A DNA stretch of 64,000 bases, taken from assembly GCA_030264375.1 (NCBI GenBank), contig JASCQW010000132.1, positions 92,154,449 through 92,218,448 of the forward strand, written 5' to 3'. Positions 8,376 through 20,952 of this stretch are shown here, piece after piece. The notes under the pieces are model-generated. The model was given only the letters and a program-made list of their open reading frames with translations, made no database searches and was not told where the DNA came from. This stretch comes from Carcharhinus longimanus (taxonomy: Eukaryota). Every line of letters begins with the position of its first letter. The stretch's first letter is position 1. A program made the position numbers and the translations under genes.

Positions 8376-11224
8376 TTGAGCAGTATTCAAGATCTGTGCT
8401 ACCAAATGTCTATTTGTATACCAACGTATTATTTGTTGCATGTTCATCCCATTCTTAGAAAACAAATATTAATTTATAGGAGAGAGAGATCTATTATTTT
8501 TACCTTGTACCCCAATTTAAAAATTTGGAATAATGATGGTACAAAAGGCATGTGATTTTTGTGAAGGTATGAAAAAAGGAAGTTTGGGAAGGGTGGTAAT
8601 GATGGGGACATGCTTTCAATATTACTCAAGCTTGTAGTCTTGTTGGAGTCTTGCACAGAGCATTAAATTATTTCCAGCTTTGCGCTTGTTACTTGCTCAC
8701 AGTAGGGACTGATTTGGCACAATTGAAGCTTTTTTTTAAACCAGGCGGAGGGAACTATTCATTGCATCATGTCTAGACTGGGTATGAACCTGGGTTGCAG
8801 AAGCAAAAGGACAGGAGTTGATTTTTGTTTTTGCTTTGGAGACTGACTGGCAGAAACTGGATAATAATGCTAGTCCCTGCGAATTGAAACTCAGAGCGTG
8901 AGGGATAAGAGCTCAAGGAGCATTGTGAGAATCTTTAAACCTGTTGAGAAGTTTATTTTGGGAGGAATAAAAATTGGGTTGTGCAAAGGACCTCCCGTGA
9001 TTTGGTTATCTTTAATTTATCTGAGGCCTCTTGTTCATTGTTACATAACAAACAATTCAGACTAGCTGCAGTACCTTGTAAAGCCTCTAACTTCCCATGC
9101 TGATGCACAAGATAGCATTCAAATTTTATATTCTGTAGAAATTTGTTTTCCGCACTAAACCCCAGAGTTAGAAAATTCCTATTGGGGAATATTGACAAAA
9201 AGGACAATCAGTAATTTGAATGTGATCTAACTAGGTTTGTTGGACAATAAATGTTGACACTTATGTTTCATTTGTTAAGATATGACACAATATAAAAATT
9301 CAATGCGTGTGTCTTCCCTGTGGAGTTGTAGTTATTCCTTGAACCTGGTTTCTTGGCCCATGACACCCTTTGAGATTTTTGGCTCAACCAGCTTAACTCT
9401 AACATATATACAATTCCTTTTGTAGTTTTAAGACTTTAACTCTAGTGGATCCTTATCCAACCCCCCCAACTTCCCAGTCTACCTCAATTGCTAATGCTGC
9501 CAGCCTGCCTTACTTGCTAGAGCTGCACAGTTCATATTAGAGCTACACAGCTACTTGGTGAGTATTGTCTCTCTCTCTCTCTTTCTTGCTTACTCTTTTA
9601 AGCAATCCTGTCTATACTGGATACGCTGATCCCTAATATTGGATTCTTACTACAATCCTTAGCCCTGTGATAGGGCTTTTGCCACTGTTAGGTAGTTACA
9701 TCAACCCCTTTACTTGTGACAAATATTCATCGATTGGCTATTTCCTATGCAAATACTAACTTCCAAGCAAGTATTCCACTGACAACGGCTCTCCCAACAA
9801 GTGCCCTACTCTCTCTACTGACAGATGATCCTCTCAGCAAGTGTTCTGTACAAACACTAACTCTTCGCAAGTGCAAATACCTCAATGATACACCCCAATT
9901 AGACTGTTTTTGCAGCTAGCTTTCCAACATTTAACTTAATATGCATACCTGCGGCAACATAATTAACCAGTCCTAATCGAATATTTGCAACCAACGGGAA
10001 GAGCAGAAGAGCACTCCTGGCTTCCCTACGACAATCTGTGCCTTTGAACCTGAATTCCTGGAACATTCTAGGCCCAAGAACATTCTTCTATCCAAGTAGC
10101 TTTTCAGCCTTGGCTTCCATTCTAAATTCTAAACTATAACTTTGACCAGGGGCCTTGGAACATTTAATCTTTAAGCTATCTTTCTGGCCAATCAGAATTG
10201 TAGCTTTGGCTCCTGTTTACTTTTAAACTGGACTCACCTGGAGCCCAAGTGGGCCCTGGCTAAATTGCAGTTCATTTCATTTGTTCTTAAAGCTGTGTCA
10301 CAGTATTTGACACTTAAGAGGTGCCAATTTTAAGACTTTCTTTACAACATAGCCCCAAACTTAAAAATCTTCCCAGTAAGAATTTCATCATTAAGCTTTC
10401 ATATGGTGCATTTTGGATAATTGAGCCTTATTAACTACACAAGTGTGCCAGTGAGGTGACATCTAACACCTCTTAAGAAGTTCCATATTTTTAATCCAGG
10501 ATATCCCAACTCTAGATGGGAGAGAAATTTCAGTGTGGCTATTGTGTGTGAAGGACGAATGTTTTCAGGAAATCTTCCCAGATTTTAGTCCAATGCAGAC
10601 TAAAATGTTAGCTTTCTCAATCTCTAACTAATGTTCTGTACATTTGATTGGGGCTTATTGGTCTGTTAACAATTAATGGGACCTGAAGCATCTGGTGGCA
10701 TTAAAGGGCATACTACTAGAGCAGCAGCCATTTCATGGGCTCAATTATGCTGCATTAGGTGTTCAGCAAATCTGGAAAGCAGCTACATGGAGTTATAGAA
10801 GTATTCTCATTAGGTATTATTGTCTTGATTTTATACCAAGCTGGCAGTTTGACAAGGGCTTTGCTACTATCAGCCGTAGCATACTACAAATGGATTCTCT
10901 TGGTTGCTAAGAGATTATGCATGATATTTGAATGCTTAATGAACAAAGAAATATTTCTGGCCTGTGACACACAATATTTGTATGGAAGGTAAACACTGTT
11001 TTTGGAGGGGAAAAAAATGAGTAGACTTGGTAGATATCATCTCGCTGATTTTCTTTAAGTTAAAATTTGTGTTATGCTTTTCTGTGTTTTATAGTGACAA
11101 ATAGCCTTCCAGGTTTCTCTGTTCAAGCACAACCATTGAAGTTAAAATGTACTTTGAAATCCCTTTATGGTCTTGTTTCTCCTTTTTCCCTTTTGCGTTC
11201 AAATACACAATTTTGACTTCAGCT

Positions 11225-11462
11225 TTCTGTAGATTTTTGAACCCACCATTCTGCTGCCTAGGCCCAAAGCATTGGAATTTCCTCCCTGAATAAATCATCC
11301 TCTCACCTCCCTCTCCTCCTTTAGGACCACTCATAAATCCCACTTCTCTGAACAAGAGTTTGATCATTCTCTCAATTTCTCCTCTTTTTGTCAGTGTAAT
11401 GTTTCTAAAAACGGAATTTCTGGGACACTTGCGTATGAAAGGCACTGTATAAATGCAAGTTC
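11225..11462 (+). mobile_element. L2 LINE 3' tail
   Basis: CTAGGCCCAAAGCATTGGAATTTCCTCCCT...GAAAGGCACTGTATAAATGCAAGT. Confidence 0.6.
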
Positions 11463-13379
11463 TCACAATGGCGTACATTAGCAAATTTCTTGGTGGTTAC
11501 CTTCACAACAAAGGTTTGTTAGTCCAGCGACAATAACCTCACTTATCATTCACACAAGAATGATTTTAATAAAATTTATTCCAGTTGTCAGATTTGATCT
11601 CCCTTTTATACCAAACAACATGCAGATAATACAATCTAGTTCTCCACCTCTGATTACCTCAAATGCTCTCTGACCCAAGAAAATAATACAGGAGCTGGAG
11701 TGACCAGCTCTTCCACCTTACATGTGGCTGCAAGGCCCAGGATCTCTACTTTGCCTTTACAGTGGATCTGGTTGTATTTTCATACTTAAAATATTATCAG
11801 GGCTTGTGCTTAAATAGTACACAGGTTGTAAGTTCAGTTGAGGCGACATTTTTACATGTTTATCAAGCTTTTTGGCGTTTGTATTTTGCTTATAATAGCA
11901 CAAGTACTTAGGCCAAATGTTTATCCTGTTCCCTAGAAATGGATTTTTTCATTCTGTCCTTGCATTTTCAAACTGCCTGTCTGTTCATGTGCTGAGACAA
12001 GATTAAGATCTCTTTTCCTCCAAGATTTACTTTACCACTAAAAATGCTCAAAGGAAGGAATAATGGGATGGATAAATGTATTAAATTATCTTAAAACAGT
12101 TCATCAGTATTTTAGGATTTTACTTGAATGGCTATTTTTCATTTCTGATAAATGAGGTTATATTTCATGCCCATATTTCAAGTTCCTTTACAGCTCGCAG
12201 TTAAAACAATTGAAAGATTGAATAAGAAAAACTCTCCCTTTTCTCTTTTCTAGCAATATTTGATTTAGTGAAAAACAAACGTATTGTTGTTGAAATAGTG
12301 TAGTGCCATAATTCCAAACTTTATATTAAATCCAATCAATGAATTTACTTTGGAAGGTCACTTTTTCCCCAACTGGTAATAGAAATTGAGAAGACTGAGA
12401 GGTTAACTATATTAACCGGAGGGTGTGAGAATGATATAAATGCAACATGTCATCCTTTGATTGATGGACTTAATGCAGCTAATCTTGCAGAATAAGTGAG
12501 GACCCCAGTCTTTGTTAAAGTCAGGTGTTTCTCTTTCAAAGTTCACACCTCAGTTCCAGAGGTTGATTTCTTAAAAGACTGGTGATCTTAAAGCTAGAAA
12601 AATGAATTTTAACAGGTTTTTCAGTGGTCTTCATAATAGAAAATGTACTAAAGGTTAAACAGCTCTTTTCAGGTTTAAGTTAGACATAGAAATCAAAGGC
12701 TAGGAAATAGTCACCAATCAAACATGATCTTTACAAGTAAAGGTTGTGGTTAAATCCTGGATCCTGGAATTTTGACATTGGAATCAATAATACAATTGGA
12801 CATCAATCCAAAAGAAAATTTAAATCCAGTGAAGAACTTGTTCTCAAGAAAGAGGAAGTGATTCGGTCAATTCTTTATTTTTAAAGCCTCTTAAATACAT
12901 GAATTGTAGATGAACATTGAAGAATTATGAAAGGGTTGTTTTAAGAGTAGGAATGAAGCTTAAACTTTAACATTAGCAATTTTTGGTGAACTTGTTTATA
13001 ATGGAGGAGCGAATGTTTATGTGCCGTTTGGAATTGTATTAAAAGGGGGGGAGAAATCATAGAGTATAGATTTGGAAACGTGAGACCTTCATACTGTAGT
13101 AACCAACTAGAATTCTAGTGGATATAGTTGGATTTTCAGGAAGCAGTGGGCGCTATGGCCAGCAAATAAACTTCCATTTGTACTTGGATGTATGTTTGCA
13201 TCTTTCTTAACTTTCACTCTCCTAGCAAAATATGATGAATGCTAAAAGTTATGTATTAGTGTCAGTGGCTCGTAGAGCTTTTGGTGTTCTACATTCCTAC
13301 TTGTCCACGCTATTCATAAAGTTGATGGAGGAACATCTGTCTTGCCATGTAACAAATTTGATAACTATGTAGTATTTAC

Positions 13380-13635
13380 AGCTTAGAAATAGGCCATTCA
13401 ACTACCAGGTCCATTTTGACATTTATGTTCCACACAAGTCTTCTTTCATCCTTCTAATCTTATCAACATATCCTTTTATTTCTCTCTTGTATCTATCTAG
13501 GTTCCCCTTAAAAGTGTTTATGCTATTTGTCGCAATGACTTATGATAGTGAGTTCCACGTTCTAAAATTTCTTGGTAAAGAAGTGTCACTGGAATTCCCT
13601 ATTGAATTTATCTACAACTGTCTTGTGTTTATGGC
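13380..13635 (-). mobile_element. Degraded CR1 LINE 3' tail
   Basis: GAAATAGGCCATTCAAC...TATCTAGGTTCCCCTTAAA...GAGTTCCACGTTCTA. Confidence 0.5.
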
Positions 13636-16600
13636 TACCAGAGAAAGACGTTATACCGAGCTGTGAACACCAGTGCAGCCAACTCTTGTCTTTGCCCATT
13701 TCCAGATGGGTATATTTCTAGTAGAGATTTCTGATTTGTTATCCATACCAGTGATAAATCAGATACATGATCAACTCTGACTAACACTTTTTGTTCGTTC
13801 CTTCCCTTGTCTCTTGTTGGTGAAGCCAACTACTTTACTGATTGACTCAATCTGAAGCCTCATTGGATAAAAGTGCCCATGACAAATATAATTGAAATAT
13901 AAATGCAACTTTTTTTTTCTTTGTCTAAGAAAATATTAAGTTGGAAGAGAAGCCTTTCAAATCTACTTCCAAAGTATGCCTGAACTTAAACTCACAACTT
14001 TCATTATAAAACTTCTTTGAGGAGTGCCTTGGGAGGTTGCATTATGTCAAATGTGCTATATAAATATAACTTGTTGTTGTGATTGTCTGGCTATGATTAG
14101 AGAGGTAAAAAGGGAAACTGGCCGTTGCAATACAACTCGAATTCAGCACATCCCAGAACTAAAACCAGAGATCTGCCAGCTCTTTGTAGTTCAATGGCAC
14201 ACTGCACAATACTTGTAATTAATGTGGTACTGAGAGCACAGGTCAGTATTTTTTCCAAATTTGAATGCTGACTGGAGTAAATTTTCACCTTTGAGTCAGA
14301 TATGTGGTAAGCACAAAAAACAAAATTGGATATTGAAACAATTATGTAGCTTTGGTACTGGTAAGTGATAAGAAGCCTGATACTTTTTTTCATCCCGCCA
14401 ACTGAAACAAACCCATCATAAAGGGGAAAGGAAAACAATTGTGCAAAAAGATGTTGTGCAGCAGTATTGTGTTGCAATGGCCAGTTTGGCCGTAAGTGGG
14501 AAAACAGATCAGCAACAGAGAGCAGTTGTTTACCGCCCTAAGCATCAGTTTTAAACCATCTGATAAATTTGCTGAGTGTCTATTTATTGGCATATTTTCT
14601 GAAGTTTGAGGAGCAGTGAAAAATGCATTTTACATGATTTTTCAGTTTCCATTTGGGAATTGGTTAATAAATGCTGTCCTTGCCAGCAATGCCAACACCC
14701 TATGTAAGAATAAAAAAAACAAGTAAAATTTTGTACAAAGAGCACAAGAGTATTTGTCTGATTTGTAGTCATTGATGAATGAGTGGCACTTGCTATTTGT
14801 TACACTTACAGCTGTGCACAGATGGTGCCCTCGACATTAGATTAGAGACCTGTGTTAACAGGGCAATTGACAATGTGCCTTTTTCAACAAATCACATTGA
14901 AGAAGCACGTGGAGTCTAAGCCAAGAAGTTCAAGTTAGAATGTTTAATTCAATGTGAAATCATGTACAGAAAGAGACTGCATTCAAGGGGATAGATGAAA
15001 ATAAGTTATTTTTTAAAAATTGCATGCGTCATTTTTTTGAAACATGACAGGATGGACACTGCAGTTTCGATGCATAAGTTTGCTGGAGCAATTGTTTAGT
15101 AATAATGAAAACTTACCATTCCATTAAGGATTCATTTGTACTTGAATGAGCAAACTCTAAGTTACCCAAGTTTTTGTAGTGTGTTTAGTTTATAAGTGCA
15201 GCAATTTTGCACCGTTAATGTGTTTGTTCTCTCAGTCAGATACCAATAGCAAACCTTTCGGACAAATCAGAAAACAACTTTCTAGTTACCTTGTTTAAGC
15301 ATCAGTGGATGCCGAAACTGGTGTCCGATTTACTGGGCAACAACTGAGAGCACTGATAGCTTCCCCTTTATTCCTATCACAAAATCTGAATCAATAAATA
15401 CAACACAAAGATAGAAAATGCGGGCAATGTAATTACTTTCTAAGTTAAGTCAAAGTGTTTATGTGAAATCTAAGATTATTGAAGGATATGGACAGACTCT
15501 GTGCTCAATACTTGTGTCGTTGTGGAGCAGCAATAAACGGAACAAATGGGATGCTGAACCAAAATGCAGAGGATGCACTCGGGAGGAAAAAAGTCAAGCG
15601 TGAGATTTACAGTGTTTTGGACAGAACACAGTACTTTTTTTATATATCACTGAGATGCAAGAGATATTCAATTTCTGAATGTGAAGAGAAGAGGAGGAAG
15701 ACAGAAGAGCCTTGTGTTTTTTTTTAGGTTTTGGAACACAGTGATCATTATACACAAAATAGTAAACAGTAAAGAAAAAGTTAATCCAAAGCCAAGGCCA
15801 AATTAAATAACAATAGAACGAAAAGATTTGAACTGGGCCTAGTCAAGATTTAGTTTAATGTTCGGAGTTTCTTCATATGGAGAATGATCATCATGTTGGG
15901 ACAAGTAGTGGATTGTTTAAAAAAGGCACTGAATACTGTGATGGAGACTGTAGGATCTTTCAGAATGGATTTTAAATTGAAATGAGTAAAATGTGTTTCC
16001 TCACCCATGTGAAATTTGTGATGTCTGTGATTTTCTGTGTGCCTTTCAACAGGATAGTAAAAATGCTTTATATCTCTCGTGACTAACTATCAACTTTTGC
16101 CTTCTGGCTCTGCAATTTATCCCTCTTTAGTCATCAGTCCTACACCCTCCAGTGTCCTCAAATGGAACTCCCACATGTTTTCCATAGCTAATAACTGTTT
16201 CCAGGACGGTCAGGCAATGAAACTGTTGTGGGATATTGGCAAACATGCTTAATTTACTAACATTTATATTTAACTTGGTAAACCTTTTTAATGTAATAGA
16301 GGAAGACATTGCGGATGAACAGTTGCAAACATGTTCAGTATTTATATGCTGGAAACTGTTGTAATTTCACATCTCTTTCATACCAAATGTGTTTCCCCAT
16401 AACAACTCCTAAATGTCTATAAAGCCCAAGTCTATCCAAGATTTATATTTTGTTCCAAATGAGAAAATGCTTAACATTTGCATCTCTGCAATAGCTTGCA
16501 TTCAACCACTCTTTATCCCTCTCCTTCCCTCTTTCTTGGTCATTGTTGAAATATCTTGCACCCCGTGGTGTAAAGTTATGCCCTGGTGGAATTGTAAGAG

Positions 16601-16789
16601 TTTGAAGCACACTTACCAGCTCTGGAAAACTTTGTTCAGACTCCCACTGTTAGGGACTGTTGGACAGAGGTCCCAAATGTCTCAGTGCCTTATGACACTG
16701 GTAAGCCAAGGGAGACAGCATCCCCTTTTTAATAACACTGGCTGCCAGAAAGCATGTGGATTCAAAAGGTGCAGTGAAATTGACAGGCC

Positions 16790-17715
16790 AGGGAGGGGGT
16801 AATTAAATGGGACTTGGCTGCTCAGGACATAGTGTCAGTAGGGGAAAGAGGGTGCTGGGTAGGGGTGTGTTGCATGGATAGGTGTCGGAAGGGGTTGTTT
16901 GGCAGGAGAGGGGGAGGATGTTGAGTGGGGAGAGGGGCTGTTCTGTTGCGGGGGGTTGTTGGGTCAGGAAGGGGAGCGATCGGATGGGGGAGGGGAGGAT
17001 ATGGTTGGGAAGGGTGAGGATGTTGGGTGGAGAGGAACTGTGTTGCATGGGGATTGTTGGGTTGGGGAGGAAATATTTGTTGGGGGGAGCGCAGGTAGAG
17101 GTAGATATTGGGAAGGTGGTGTCTGGAAAAGGTTTCAATAGGGGAAAGAAGGGTTTTGGGGAGGAGGTGTGTCAGATAGGGGAGGGTGCAGTTTGGAGTG
17201 GGTGCTGAAGGGGAGGTGGATGTCAGGTGGAGAAGGGCTTGTTATGGAGGGAGAAGCAGTTATGTCATGTGGGGAACTGTTGATTCGGAGTGGGGGTGTT
17301 GGGCAGGGGATTGTTGGGGAGGAAGTTTCTGGTCAGGGAAGGGGTGTCAGAGTGACAACAGGGATGTTTGGGTGGAGGTGTCTGGTACTGGGAAAGGTCT
17401 GTTAGGTAGGGGAAAGAGGCTATGTCAGATGTCAGTATTTGGTAAGAGAAGAGAAGGGAGGATTGGGTATGGGAGAAACTGAGGGTTGTCAGGTCAGGGA
17501 GGGGGGTGGTTGTCAGGTAGATGAAAGGTAGGTAGGGAGAGGGAGTCTTGAGAAGGTGGGTCAGTCTTGGGGACGGGTGAAGAGGAGGGGTAGATTGGAG
17601 GATGTCGGGAGGGAGTTGTGACCAGTTGGAACAGATCATTTGGAGGGGGGCAGGGGATTTAGAGTTGAGCCCAGTGGGATTGGGGGTCGTTCTTTGTGGG
17701 ACTCGGTGTGGGTGC
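16790..17715. repeat. G-rich, strongly strand-skewed low-complexity tract
   Basis: ~900 bp dense in GGG/GGGG runs with recurring GTGTCAG/TGTCAGG motifs; generates several spurious G/P-rich ORFs. Confidence 0.8.
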
Positions 17716-18097
17716 TTAAAATAGTTGCCCTGAAGTTAACGTTCTTTTAGTGTAACTATCAGTGTAGCACTGGCAGAACCATCCAAAGTTGTGCTTTAAA
17801 TCGCTTTGTTGGATGGGGTCCAATGCAGCACAATTGTCAAGGGGAAGTTAATGGTTCTGGATATTTGCTGTGTAAACTCTCATCTGGGAACTCTCCAAGA
17901 GTGATTCACCAGAGTATCTTTGGGGCATGTTGGTAATCTGACATGGAAGAAGTTATATTTTCCACATCTTGATGATGCCCTGCATTATGGTCTCTGACTC
18001 TTTGTGTGATTTGTCATTAAAACTCAAGTACCTTCATTCTGGAATATTTTGGAATCTGAAACAAATACTTTTGAAATTGGCATATTTACAAAGATTT

Positions 18098-18222
18098 GTG
18101 TTGGAATTTTACTGGCCTGCCCACCACAGGAATCAGAGGTGAAGGACAGACCATGAAATGGTCTGGTAACCTTCGATGGGACTTTATGGTTTCACGACCA
18201 GCGAGGCTGTAAAATCCCACCC
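18098..18222. mobile_element. Short MITE (Harbinger-like TIRs)
   Basis: Ends GTGTTGGAATTTTAC ... GTAAAATCCCACCC are imperfect inverted repeats. Confidence 0.55.
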
Positions 18223-20112
18223 TTGTTCTCCTTATTATCATTGGTTTTAACTTCTGTTATGACATACATCCCATGTTAAGACTGCCGTATAAATATTTTT
18301 ACTCTATCATGGGAGCAGTTTTTGTTTCTAACCCTGTTCTGCATCTCAGTAGATTAAACTACTCCATTTGAAGCTTTGGTGGGACACAATGCAGACCAAA
18401 CTACACATATTTTATTGAAATTTCTTTAATTTTAGTTTGAAATAATGTTTCTATACATCGGCTAGCACATTACTAAATGATAAACTGTGAAAGAATTGGT
18501 GCTGAGTTTTACTTCCAGAATTATACCTTTAACAGTTTATTGATGAATTATTATCTAGATGAACAGTGTTAAAGAAAAAAAGCAGGAGCTAATCGTGATC
18601 CATTGTGGGGCATTTCATGGTCATACCTATCTGGGGAAAACAATGTTTGCCAAGTAAGTGGCCTGCACAACAAGCACTATTTGAGATGCATGTTTTAAAT
18701 ATTCATTTCAGCTTAATTGAGTGCCAGACAACCATTGAGCAATTCTGTTCATCTTATTTGAAGATCATGGCTTCAGAACAAAACTGATATCTCCATTTGG
18801 CAAAATGAAGGTGACATATGTTTCTTTGGGATTGAAAGCATTGAATGTCCACACAATGCAGAACTGAGATATAAATGATATTCCTGATATCACTGATTTT
18901 TTTTTAAAAGAGCTATTGCATGTTGTAACTGTCTGGGTGGCACAATGTGTTGGTACACCAAAAATCAGGAGCAATGTAATGGTCCAAATTTATGCCCATG
19001 AGTTTTATCATTCCACAAAATAGAATGAAAATCAATACATCCATAAACGTATTGCTTATTCAATTTTAACTTCCAACTGTGAAAGGCAAACTGTGCAAAG
19101 TTTCTACATGGTGGCTTGGTTAAAAAATAGTCTAATTCGATTGGCTGACTTTACTTTTTTTCTCAGTTGTGATAGGTAGCATTTCCTACCTGTTGGATAA
19201 CAAATTTGCATGGTCATATGAATGTTGATAGTTATTGAAACCCATCAGAAAAATTTGATACTGTTTATAATTCAACAGATGTGGAAAAACACCGGGTGTG
19301 AAGCATTATACACGCTATATGTAAATACCCCTGTATGTTTTAAAATTATGTCAGTAAAATGCTTTAGCCATCTCATTAAAGGCAATGTTATTATGGGGAG
19401 TAGTTTATGTCATGTATTGTTATAAACATGTTCTGCATTGCTGTGTATGTTTTAATACCCTCAAACATAAGGATCTGATTTGTTGNNNNNNNNNNNNNNN
19501 NNNNNNNNNNNNNNNNNNNNNNNNNNNNNNNNNNNNNNNNNNNNNNNNNNNNNNNNNNNNNNNNNNNNNNNNNNNNNNNNNNNNNNNNNNNNNNNNNNNN
19601 NNNNNNNNNNNNNNNNNNNNNNNNNNNNNNNNNNNNNNNNNNNNNNNNNNNNNNNNNNNNNNNNNNNNNNNNNNNNNNNNNNNNNNNNNNNNATAGGGAT
19701 TTGCAGCATTCGGTTATCTTAGAACAGCATGCCCAACTACTCCAGTCCTTTCATGAAGTTTTTTTTAAAGTTTATTGTCACAAATAAGGCTTACAGTAAC
19801 ACAGCAATGAAATTACTGTGAAAGTCCCCTACATGGCTTCCAGATGTATTCTGCCCCAGAGAGGAGGACTCCTTCTCGAGCAAACACTCTCTTGGCTCCC
19901 ATTGACCCTTCCGACCCTCTTTTCCTGTGTTGTCCTGAAGTGATAGACAGCACAATCACTAGACTGTTAATCCTTTATCTCGATGTCTCCAATGATAACA
20001 ACAACAATAACATTCTAATAGCACTCATATCAAAGAGAAATTGTTCAGATTAATGACTCACCCAGTCCATAATTTGTAAAGCATCACAAATTGGCAATCA
20101 ATGATAGCTAAT

Positions 20113-20952
20113 TGTTAGGAATTTGGGAAGTTAGCCAGGTTAGCAGTTGAACCGGAGATTAGAATATAACGGACAAGTCAAAAGCTGCACAGGTGTCCAA
20201 AGGAATTATGAGATACAATTTGCCTAGCAACAAGATTAGCAGGCATCTAGAAAAATTGAGGTGCAAATTCCTTTATCAGGAACATTGCTTACCTCAGATC
20301 AGTGGAGCTGTGCAAAATTTGAGAGATGTAGACAGCCGAATCCACAGCGTGGGTTATCTAAGAGACTGAACATGTAACTGCTCATTGGGGAAGGAAGTTA
20401 GTTTTCCATCCAACAGGCAGGCAGACAGACCTTTCTCATCTTCAGTAAGGCCAGTTCTGTCTATGATCAGAGCCACGGAGGCCTATTCTATCGAACATTT
20501 AGAGCCACGACAGATTGCAGATATTCTTTAAATGACTTGTATTCCTGAACCAGGAATAGAAGTTTCCCAGACTTGACATCTAAACCGATTCTTGTGGGAA
20601 CTGTTAGCTGGATTTGATTTAGTTACTGAAGTGGATGTTGTTTGAGAAGTGAGGTGTCTCAGTGAGTTCTGCAAACGTGAATATAGTTTGGAAGCAAGAG
20701 GTAATTTCAGATAAAATGGTGTGATTAGTTATTCATGTACTTAAATGTCATGGTGTATATTAGTGTTTGTGTGTTTATTTTTACTTTAACATAGTCTTTA
20801 TTAGTTATTTGCACAACGAGTGGAATGGATTCCTCACTGGGTTTTTCTGCACATAATTCCAAACAAATATACACCACCAAGAACCAGTGTTTCTAGTTAT
20901 CCTTTGGGATTTTGAGGCACTCTTGCATTTAACATCAGAGGGGTCCTTAACG
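20113..20952 (+). mobile_element. Solo LTR (~840 bp)
   Basis: Termini TGTTAGGA ... TCCTTAACG (imperfect inverted), flanked by CTAAT (20108-12) and CTCAT (20953-57), a 4/5 TSD. Orientation tentative. Confidence 0.55.

Noticed and set aside
9330-10480. Possible degraded LTR-retrotransposon internal region; also a possible short solo LTR at ~11517-11721
   Set aside because: No PBS, TSD or protein motif could be confirmed.
10695-10910. ORF starting ALKGI...QQ, reminiscent of GSTZ1 exon 3 (ALKGIDY...GGQQ)
   Set aside because: Similarity is limited to ~5 residues, it is downstream of exons 5-7, and lacks properly placed splice sites.
16803-17639. Cluster of overlapping Gly/Pro-rich ORFs
   Set aside because: Artefact of the G-rich low-complexity tract.
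18309-18345. ATGGGAGCAGTTTTT (MGAVF), resembling the end of HIBADH exon 4 (MGAVFMDAPVSG)
   Set aside because: No DAPVSG, no upstream IDSSTIDP and no donor site; chance match. The same applies to ATGGGGGCAG..ATGGATGCCC at ~31924.
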